64,000 bases of DNA from the NCBI GenBank assembly GCA_018674495.1, contig JABHAA010000026.1, forward strand, positions 84,075 to 148,074, read 5' to 3'. The notes beneath the pieces are model-generated. The model was not told where the DNA came from and searched no databases. It saw only the letters and a list, made by a program, of their open reading frames with translations. The stretch comes from Rhodospirillaceae bacterium. Its GTDB lineage: Bacteria; Pseudomonadota; Alphaproteobacteria; Rhodospirillales; UBA2165. Below are positions 1 to 7,053 of this stretch, piece by piece (within the stretch, counting starts at the first letter, position 1; each line of letters opens with the position of its first letter). Made by a program: the position numbers and the translations under genes.

Positions 1-33
1 GGCGGCTTCAACAACGAACAGGACGTGGGCCAT
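1..33 (-). CDS. 5' end of an unidentified gene running out of the window (11 codons visible)
   Basis: ATG is the complement of 31-33, 7 nt after the SDR stop codon (41-43). It reads MAHVLFVVEAA and continues the same minus-strand operon. Too short to name. Confidence 0.2.
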   Translation of the reverse strand, partial: MAHVLFVVEAA

Positions 34-40
34 CAGACGC

Positions 41-856
41 TCACCACGCCGTCCGGCCGCCGTCAATGGTCAGGCACGCGCCGGTCATATAGCTGGATGC
101 ATCCGAAATCAGGAACGCGACCGCAGATTTGTATTCGTTCACATCGGCCATGCGGCCCATGGGGATCAGGTTTGTGAGGCGCTCCACGAAGGCATCATCC
201 TGGCCGTTATGGACGCCGCCCGGCACCAGCGCATTGGCGCGCACGCCTTGGTCCGCCCAATAGGTGGCCAGGTACCGGGTGAGACCGATGAGCCCGGTTT
301 TAACCACTGAATAGGTGACCGGCTTTACCGGCTGCTCGGCATCACGCCTGCCGTCTTCCCGGTATAGCCTCTGGTCCGGCGCTATAACGCCAAGATCGGA
401 CGAGATGTTCAAGATAACGCCGCTGCCCGCGTCGGCCATGGCGGCGCCGAAGACACGCGCGCACAAAAAGGCGCCCGTAAGCCCAACCGCGATATCGGCA
501 TTCCAAACCTCCATGGAAAAATTTTCCAGGCGGGAGAATTCCGTCCCGCCACCATCTTCCATCTTGGGATTGTTGGCGGCGTTGTTGATCAACGCATCAA
601 TGCGCCCAAACTCGGCCATGAGTGTGCAACCCATATCGGCAACGCGCGCATCGTCGGTGATGTCCAGCTTAAAGCCCCTTGCGCCGCCGCCGATCGCCTC
701 GGCCGCCGCCAGCGCGCCCGCCTCGTCGATGTCGAGAAGAACCGGAATGCCGCCAAGCTCAGCCGCCGCCTCGGCGTGCTTTTGGCCCAAAAGTCCGGCG
801 CCGCCGGTGATCGCCACAACGCGGCCGGTCAGATCAAACTTGTCCAGGGCACTCAT
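41..856 (-). CDS. SDR-family oxidoreductase (sugar / nucleotide-sugar dehydrogenase-reductase type)
   Basis: 271-aa ORF with Rossmann TGGAGLLG (TGxxGxxG), NNAA and catalytic YSVVK (YxxxK). Overlaps the upstream gene by 4 nt. Confidence 0.85.
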   Translation of the reverse strand: MSALDKFDLTGRVVAITGGAGLLGQKHAEAAAELGGIPVLLDIDEAGALAAAEAIGGGARGFKLDITDDARVADMGCTLMAEFGRIDALINNAANNPKMEDGGGTEFSRLENFSMEVWNADIAVGLTGAFLCARVFGAAMADAGSGVILNISSDLGVIAPDQRLYREDGRRDAEQPVKPVTYSVVKTGLIGLTRYLATYWADQGVRANALVPGGVHNGQDDAFVERLTNLIPMGRMADVNEYKSAVAFLISDASSYMTGACLTIDGGRTAW

Positions 857-1602
857 GAATAATTTTCCTGCAAATATTCAAACACGGCGCCTCCAAAATC
901 CTCTTTGAAAAATTCAAGTTTTCGAAAATCCGCCTCGACATCGACCTCGCCGCAATCGGGTGTCTCGAACCCGATGACGCGATCTCCGTAGGTAACGTTT
1001 TGTTCCAAGATAACGCTGGAACGCACCACATCTACATATCCCTGACCGGTATAGGTGGCGGCAAAACCTTGGCGCGGGTTATTGGCAGCTTCGGTATCGG
1101 CACCGGGACCCACGCCCAGGGGCATAAGATATCCATCCTGCATTTCAAAATTTTTCCAGGCGCTTTCCGGCATTTTGAAAACCGAGCGGAGGCCGGTTGC
1201 ATCGGGTGCCGCCTTCAGCCTGGCGACCGCCATATCGATCAAGGCGGGATCGCGCAAAGGCGTGGTCGGGCGAATTTGAACCACAAATTCCGGCACAAAC
1301 TCTTTTTCATCGCGCAACCATTCAATGGCATGGCGGATGACGGGGTAATCGGTCGCCGTATCGCTGGAAAATTCGGCCGGGCGCATGAACGGCACCTCGG
1401 CGCCATATTTGCTCCCGATGGCGGCGATCTCTTCCGAATCGGTGCTTAAGATTGTGCGCTCAATCGATTGCGCCATGTTCGAGGCGGCGACGGACCAAGC
1501 CAGCAAAGGATGACCGCCAAGATCGCGGATGTTCTTGCCGGCGACCCCCTTGGAGCCGCCGCGCGCCTGTATCAATGCAATCACTTCGCATGCGCCGGTC
1601 AT
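853..1602 (-). CDS. Acylneuraminate (nonulosonate) cytidylyltransferase family, NeuA-like CMP-sugar synthetase
   Basis: 249 aa. N-terminal IQARGGSKGVAGKNI matches the ARxGSKxxxxKN signature of the CMP-NeuAc synthetase family. Sits in an operon with a NeuB-like synthase. Confidence 0.8.
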   Translation of the reverse strand: MTGACEVIALIQARGGSKGVAGKNIRDLGGHPLLAWSVAASNMAQSIERTILSTDSEEIAAIGSKYGAEVPFMRPAEFSSDTATDYPVIRHAIEWLRDEKEFVPEFVVQIRPTTPLRDPALIDMAVARLKAAPDATGLRSVFKMPESAWKNFEMQDGYLMPLGVGPGADTEAANNPRQGFAATYTGQGYVDVVRSSVILEQNVTYGDRVIGFETPDCGEVDVEADFRKLEFFKEDFGGAVFEYLQENYS

Positions 1603-1606
1603 GATA

Positions 1607-2425
1607 TCAGTTCAATAAATCGCCATATCGGGATTGCAGCCAGGCCAGTTGGGAGCGGAATATTGCGATGCCTTCATCGTCCCGATAGGCCTGCATGATC
1701 AACGGACCCTGATAGTCCGAAGCCGCCAGCCAGTTGAACACCGCATCGAAATCACAATCGCCGGCGCCAAGCTCCACCGGGCCGCCGCCAAGAGCGCGAT
1801 CCTTGATGTGAATATCGGTGATGCGCGTACCGTACGCGCTGAGCTCTTCGCCGGCATCGAAGCCCAGCGACGCGGAATTGCCCGTATCGTAATTGACGGT
1901 GACCGAATCCGATCCGATCCGGTCCAACAGCCCGGCAAACTCGGCCGGGCCGAGATCGGTTTCCAGCGATAGGTTTAGGCCCCGACTTGCCGCCACCGGC
2001 GCCGCATCAGCCATGACCGCAACAAATTCGGCCGCATCCTTTTCGCCCGACAGGCTGGATTGATCGACGCAGGGGACAACGATGTCGCGGGCGCCGATAA
2101 TGGCGGCGCTGTCCATCAGCCGTTCCAGAACCCGGCGCGCCGCATCGGTGCGGTGCAATGGCGCTTCCATAAAATAGTCGGCGCAAATACTGATGACCGA
2201 AACGCCCGATTGGCTCGCTGTCGCTTTGATCGCAGCCGGATCGGCCAGCAACGGGTTTTCTTCGGCGCCTTCGAAATCGAGAATAAACTCGATCAATTCG
2301 ATGCCCGATTGCTTCGCGGCGGAAAACTCCGCTGCCCAATTGCCCGCCGGAAAGGCCTGATAGCGCCCTTGATATTTGGGTAAAAGGCGGCCCTGCATGG
2401 TGCCAATTTGAAAGCGGCCAAGCAT
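1607..2425 (-). CDS. Sugar-phosphate isomerase/epimerase, xylose-isomerase-like TIM barrel
   Basis: 272 aa. N-terminal GTMQGRLLP...QAFP..W..EF..A...G.E.IE pattern and length are typical of the AP-endonuclease-2 / hexulose-phosphate isomerase-like TIM-barrel family. Confidence 0.6.
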   Translation of the reverse strand: MLGRFQIGTMQGRLLPKYQGRYQAFPAGNWAAEFSAAKQSGIELIEFILDFEGAEENPLLADPAAIKATASQSGVSVISICADYFMEAPLHRTDAARRVLERLMDSAAIIGARDIVVPCVDQSSLSGEKDAAEFVAVMADAAPVAASRGLNLSLETDLGPAEFAGLLDRIGSDSVTVNYDTGNSASLGFDAGEELSAYGTRITDIHIKDRALGGGPVELGAGDCDFDAVFNWLAASDYQGPLIMQAYRDDEGIAIFRSQLAWLQSRYGDLLN

Positions 2426-2427
2426 AT

Positions 2428-4221
2428 CTAACCGGCCTTCGATATCAGCGTATCGCCGATAAGCAGATGATCGAGCCCGGAACTTTCGAAAGTGTGCATC
2501 GCGTCCTTGACGTTGTTGACGATGGGCTCGCCGTGCAGATTAAAGCTTGTGTTCAACAGGGCCGGAATTCCGGTAACTTTGCGGAACGCATCGATCAGTT
2601 CGTAATAGCCGTCGCTGCCGGTGCGCTCGACCAGTTGCGGGCGCACCGTCCGGTCATAGGGATGCGTGCCGGCAACGATCTGGTCGTACCCTTCGGGCTT
2701 GGTGTCGAAAGCGATCGCCATATACTTGGCGGCCAGGGCTTTCGGATTTTCGATATAGGCGTCGGCGTAGTCTTCCAGCAATGAAAATGCGAACGGCATC
2801 CAGAAATCACGGTTCTTAATGGCCTCGTTGATTTTCTGCACCGATTCCCGGCGCGAAGGATCGGCAAGAATTGACCGGTTGCCAAGGGCGCGCGCGCCGA
2901 ACTCGCAGCGTCCGTTGAGGCGGGCGATAATGTCGCCGGCGGCCAACTTTTCGGCCACGTCTCCGGCGCTGACACCGTGGCTTACTTGATGGGTTTTTGC
3001 TATTCCGTCCCAATCGATGGAACCCAATTCTTCGTTGACGTTATAGCCCAGATACATGCTCTCCAAGGCCACGTTGCTTCCAGCGCCTTGATTGAGGTAA
3101 TAGCAGCCGCCGATTGGCAGGCTTTCGTCCGATGAGGATGCCGCCACCATGATGTCATCGACGCAATCCAGTTCCGACAACACCTTGTTCATCTTGATGT
3201 TCATGGAAATGCCGCCGCCAATGGCGAACCGGCGAAGCCCCGTTTGTTCGTGGATCGCGATCAATACACCGCAAGCGAGATCTTCGGTATATAGCTGAAC
3301 GGCGCCGGCGATGTTGTCGAACCGCTCATCGAGCCAAACCTCGCGCAGATAATTGTAAAGATCGGCGGGCCTTTGATCGTGCTGGATGCGCATGCCATCG
3401 GTGCGGTTGATGGGCTTGATCTTTTGGGCCGCCTTTTCCACATATTGCTGCTTGGCGTAGGGTGCCAATCCCATAACTTTAAACTCATGTTCATCGGGCC
3501 GCATGCCGAGATGCAGGGTGGCAAATTTGTAAACATGGCCGATATCGTTTTGATCGGATTCGCCGATTAGCGACAGCGCGTCATCCTTGGCCAGCCAGAC
3601 CGTTTGATTGCGCCCGTCCCCCCAGCCATCGAGGATAACCACCGCCACATCCTGGCCCCGGGTTGGCCCCGAAAAGTAAGAATAATGGGCGTGACAAGAA
3701 TGGTGGTCGATAAATTCAATCTGGCTTTCCGCAAGGCCGAGATAATTGGCCAGCGTGCGGCGCCGCTCATTGGTCCAGCTATCGACAGCGGCGGCGGGAT
3801 CGTCGAGAATTTCATCGGTCAGGAACGAATAATCGAACACCGGGTCGGCGTGCGCAAACTTATCGTCATCGCGCAGCCAGCGCAGGTAATCCAATCCGTC
3901 CTCGCCGCGCATTTTCCTGGCGTGATAGCGTTCGCCGTAATAGTCGTGGTAATCGCGCAAGCTATAGGTCGGCGTGACTTTCGCTTTCACTTCCCAGGGA
4001 TGTTCGTAAATCGTCGTATAGGCGGCCGCCGTCAGATCGGAGCCTTCAATGGCGGCCTCTTTGAGGCAAAAATCGATGGCTCGGGCGGGAAATCCGGTCT
4101 CGTTTTTTTGGCGGGTAAAGCGTTCTTCCTGCGCCGCCCCGACAACGACGCCATCGACCATAATCGCAGCCGAAGCGTTATAGCCCACATGGACACAAAG
4201 ATATGATTGAGATTGAGGCAT
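2428..4221 (-). CDS. NodU/CmcH-family carbamoyltransferase
   Basis: 597 aa. N-terminal GYNASAAIMVDGVVVGAAQEERFTRQKNETGFP (ASKHA-like carbamoyltransferase N domain) and C-terminal LLNTSFNLHGEPIV (carbamoyltransferase C domain). Confidence 0.85.
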   Translation of the reverse strand: MPQSQSYLCVHVGYNASAAIMVDGVVVGAAQEERFTRQKNETGFPARAIDFCLKEAAIEGSDLTAAAYTTIYEHPWEVKAKVTPTYSLRDYHDYYGERYHARKMRGEDGLDYLRWLRDDDKFAHADPVFDYSFLTDEILDDPAAAVDSWTNERRRTLANYLGLAESQIEFIDHHSCHAHYSYFSGPTRGQDVAVVILDGWGDGRNQTVWLAKDDALSLIGESDQNDIGHVYKFATLHLGMRPDEHEFKVMGLAPYAKQQYVEKAAQKIKPINRTDGMRIQHDQRPADLYNYLREVWLDERFDNIAGAVQLYTEDLACGVLIAIHEQTGLRRFAIGGGISMNIKMNKVLSELDCVDDIMVAASSSDESLPIGGCYYLNQGAGSNVALESMYLGYNVNEELGSIDWDGIAKTHQVSHGVSAGDVAEKLAAGDIIARLNGRCEFGARALGNRSILADPSRRESVQKINEAIKNRDFWMPFAFSLLEDYADAYIENPKALAAKYMAIAFDTKPEGYDQIVAGTHPYDRTVRPQLVERTGSDGYYELIDAFRKVTGIPALLNTSFNLHGEPIVNNVKDAMHTFESSGLDHLLIGDTLISKAG

Positions 4222-4230
4222 TATGATCTG

Positions 4231-4992
4231 CTAAAAGCCTGTGGTTTGTCCGCCGTCTACCACGAGATCAGTGCCGACGATAAAACTCGCATCGGGTGAA
4301 CACAGAAATGCGGCCGCATCGGCAACTTCGCGGACGGTGCCAAACCGTTTCAAGGGAACCGTTCTATCGATCAAATCATCGATTGCCTTCGGATCCTTGG
4401 ATCGCCGCGTCGCCCAGCGTCCGCCATCGAATAGGATATTTCCAGGGCTGATCATATTGACGCGAACGCCAAAAGGCGCTAGTTCGCGGGCCATGGCCTT
4501 CATGGCATGGCGCAATCCAGCCTTGCCGGCGCCGTAGGCGATGGGCGCGCCGATGGCCTCGATACCGGCGATCGAGCCGATAAATAACAAAACCCCCGAC
4601 CCCCGATCCTTCATGTCCGTTGCCAAGTGCCGCGCCAGGCGAAACGGTCCGCCGAGATTGGCGGCGATCAGCCGATCCCATTCACCGTCCGAGGTTTGAA
4701 ACCCAGGGGCCGTGTCGGTGGCGCCGAAATTGATCACGGCTATATCCACCGGGCCGGCGCCGGCCACGATTTCCAGAGCCTGGTCCTGATCGGACAAATC
4801 ACCCTGAAGGGCGGTCACCGGACGGTCGAATTTATCTTGCAGACGGGATTGGGCAGCGTCCAGATCGGCCCCGGTGCGCCCCGTCAATATCAGGCCCCCG
4901 CCAACTTCGGCAAATCGCTCCGCAATCGCAAAGCCGATGCCCCGGGACGAGCCGGCCACCAGGATGCGCTTGCCGCCCAAATCTGTGCTCAA
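4231..4992 (-). CDS. SDR-family oxidoreductase
   Basis: 253 aa with GSSRGIGFAIA glycine-rich loop and YGAGK catalytic Y-x3-K. Overlaps the upstream VOC gene by 4 nt. Confidence 0.8.
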   Translation of the reverse strand: MSTDLGGKRILVAGSSRGIGFAIAERFAEVGGGLILTGRTGADLDAAQSRLQDKFDRPVTALQGDLSDQDQALEIVAGAGPVDIAVINFGATDTAPGFQTSDGEWDRLIAANLGGPFRLARHLATDMKDRGSGVLLFIGSIAGIEAIGAPIAYGAGKAGLRHAMKAMARELAPFGVRVNMISPGNILFDGGRWATRRSKDPKAIDDLIDRTVPLKRFGTVREVADAAAFLCSPDASFIVGTDLVVDGGQTTGF

Positions 4993-5438
4993 CGCTGAAC
5001 GCCCAAAAGTTCGACCAGTTCAATTATGACGCCATCGGGGTCATGGCAGTAGGCGACCAGAACCGGATCATCGGGACTTTCGAGGGGGGCGCTCTTGAAG
5101 GTGATATCAAGTTTGCTCCGCCGGTCATAAATCCCGCCCAAGCCGGAAACCGTCAATGCGAAGTGCGGACGGCCAGGCTCCGACGCCGACGCGTCGGCGC
5201 CCGGAGCCGATGCATGGGAGCGGTATTGCAGCAATTCTAGCTTGGAGCCATCGGGCGCCTCAAGCAGCACGATATCCACCTCGGCGTCTTCCAGACCAAC
5301 CAGCTCCGAGATGTAATCCCCGGACTGCCCGCGGCGTTCCCGAACAAGGCGATATCCAAGTGCCCTGCAATAGAAGCGCATGGAGCGCTCCAGGTCGCTG
5401 ACGGTAATGCCGATATGGCGGAATGAAGGTGTGCTCAT
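4989..5438 (-). CDS. VOC (glyoxalase/bleomycin-resistance/dioxygenase fold) family protein
   Basis: 149 aa. N-terminal FRHIGITVSDLERSMRFYCRALGY is the typical first beta-alpha-beta module of VOC proteins. Confidence 0.7.
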   Translation of the reverse strand: MSTPSFRHIGITVSDLERSMRFYCRALGYRLVRERRGQSGDYISELVGLEDAEVDIVLLEAPDGSKLELLQYRSHASAPGADASASEPGRPHFALTVSGLGGIYDRRSKLDITFKSAPLESPDDPVLVAYCHDPDGVIIELVELLGVQR

Positions 5439-5445
5439 ACGCCGC

Positions 5446-6288
5446 TCAGCGCATCGCCGTTTCGATTGGCATCAGCTTTTCGCGGACGGCGCGTTCGCCA
5501 TCGGACAGGATTTTCACACCATCGCCAAAGGCAGTTTCGATCAGGCGAATACCATCGACCAGCCTCCGAAAACCGACAAGCTCCACCGAGGCGGCCTGGT
5601 CCGAGCCATACATGGCCCGGTCCAGCGTAATATGGCGTTCGATGGACGAAATGCCGATTGCCGCGGCGGCCATGGATATGACAATGCCGGTTTCATGACC
5701 GCTATAACCCACGTCGCATCCATAGCGATCGCGTAAGGTCTGGATAACGTTCAAATTGGCGTCCCTATCGGGCATCGGATACTGGCTGTTGCAATGCATC
5801 AGCTCGAACGGGCATCCGGCTTTGCGGAAAATTTCCACGGCCGCATCGATTTCCTCCAGCTCGGACATGCCGGTAGAAATGAAGGTGTGCTTTTTCTCTT
5901 CGGCGATCATTTGCAACAAAGCGTGATTTATAAGCTGGGCCGATGCCACCTTGTTATAGCGGCCTTCATATTGGCGCAAAAATTCCTGCGCCTCCAAATC
6001 CCACGCCGATGCGAACCAGGCAATCCTGTGCTCCTGGCAGCAGCGCTCGATCTCTGCAAATTCCGCCTCGCCAAATTCCAGCCCTTCTTTCTGGGCGCGC
6101 TGGGTCGTACCCCACGGGCTTTCGCGCGTTTGAGCGAGATAATCCGCGTTGTAAACCTTATCGATGGAGCGTTTCTGAAACTTGACCGCATCGGCGCCGC
6201 AATCGGCGGCACCGCTGATCAATTGCTTTGCGGTGTCGATATCGCCGTTATGATTGATACCAATTTCAGCGATAATAAATATTGCCAT
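5446..6288 (-). CDS. NeuB-family (N-acylneuraminate / ulosonate-phosphate) synthase, lacking the C-terminal SAF domain
   Basis: 280 aa. IIAEIGINHNGDIDTAKQLI..A..CGADAVKFQ is the canonical NeuB N-terminus. The protein ends right after the TIM barrel, about 60 aa shorter than NeuB proteins that carry the SAF/antifreeze-like domain. Confidence 0.85.
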   Translation of the reverse strand: MAIFIIAEIGINHNGDIDTAKQLISGAADCGADAVKFQKRSIDKVYNADYLAQTRESPWGTTQRAQKEGLEFGEAEFAEIERCCQEHRIAWFASAWDLEAQEFLRQYEGRYNKVASAQLINHALLQMIAEEKKHTFISTGMSELEEIDAAVEIFRKAGCPFELMHCNSQYPMPDRDANLNVIQTLRDRYGCDVGYSGHETGIVISMAAAAIGISSIERHITLDRAMYGSDQAASVELVGFRRLVDGIRLIETAFGDGVKILSDGERAVREKLMPIETAMR

Positions 6289-6315
6289 AATGTTCGGTCC
6301 TGAAAGCGTTAAGTT

Positions 6316-6786
6316 TTACAGTTGAAAATAACCGTCAATAAGCTCACGGATCACACCGTAGCCGCCCTCCGCTCGGGTGATGTGATGGGCGACGGCGCGA
6401 ATACTGGCATGAGCGTCGGCCGGCGCAATGGCGTGGCCAACCAGCGCCATTACGCCTGAATCGTTAATATCGTTGCCGACAAAGACGGCATCGGCCAACG
6501 AATAGTGATGTTCCGCCGCATATTTTTTGAGGACGGCAGCCTTGTCGTTGAGCCCCGAGATGCAAGGAATTCCAAGCTTGGCGGCGCGCGCCGCGACCAC
6601 CGGATTTTTTTCCATGCTCAAGATGATTTGCGAGGCGCCGGCGGCCTTCAGCATACCGATCGCAAGGCCATCGCCGCGATGAACCATAACCGATTCTAGC
6701 CCGTCTTCGCGAACCATGACCCGGTTGTCGGTCATGACGCCGTCGAAGTCGTAACAGATGACGGATATTTCAGATATTGGGATAAT
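6316..6786 (-). CDS. KdsC-like HAD-superfamily ulosonate-phosphate phosphatase (start codon uncertain, probably non-canonical)
   Basis: The listed ORF (6316-6735) has HAD motif IV (GNDINDSG). The HAD nucleophile motif DFDGV(M)TDN lies in frame immediately upstream of the first ATG. That upstream stretch has no ATG/GTG/TTG before the in-frame stop at 6802-6804, so I extended the gene to the ATT at 6786. Confidence 0.65.
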   Translation of the reverse strand: MIPISEISVICYDFDGVMTDNRVMVREDGLESVMVHRGDGLAIGMLKAAGASQIILSMEKNPVVAARAAKLGIPCISGLNDKAAVLKKYAAEHHYSLADAVFVGNDINDSGVMALVGHAIAPADAHASIRAVAHHITRAEGGYGVIRELIDGYFQL

Positions 6787-6832
6787 GGCGGGATCCGTTT
6801 TTTAGGGCCATAGCGTTTTTGCGGGGACCAGG

Positions 6833-6853
6833 CAAGCTACCGCAGCCCGGGTG
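6833..6853 (-). promoter_or_regulatory. ops/JUMPStart-like element in the leader of the nonulosonate operon
   Basis: The minus strand reads CACCCGGGCTGCGGTAGCTTG. The last 12 nt match the E. coli ops GGCGGTAGCGTG at 10/12. It shares 18/21 nt with the copy at 33264-33284. It lies between the predicted promoter (6947-6974) and the gene start (~6786). Confidence 0.5.
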
Positions 6854-6931
6854 AAAGCACTCATCCGCAGCATCGCACAAAGGCCTGAATAGCTACACTC
6901 GGGAAGGCATAAAGGCCCAATTTCCCAGCAT

Positions 6932-6975
6932 GTTCACGCTGCGAACACTATAGCGTTCAATCTGTGAACGTCAAG
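6932..6975 (-). promoter_or_regulatory. Sigma70-like promoter with two overlapping palindromic operators
   Basis: On the minus strand: -35 TTGACG (6974-6969), 16-nt spacer, -10 TATAGT (6952-6947). Palindromes are GTTCAAtctGTGAAC (6955-6969, in the spacer) and GTTCACgctGCGAAC (6932-6946, at the start-site region). The same architecture is at 34515-34557. Confidence 0.55.
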
Positions 6976-7053
6976 TTTGAAATTGCCTTTATACAATGGA
7001 CTTGGCGGCCATATTTGGGATTTTACCGCGATCATTGGTTCGTGCAAAAACAC

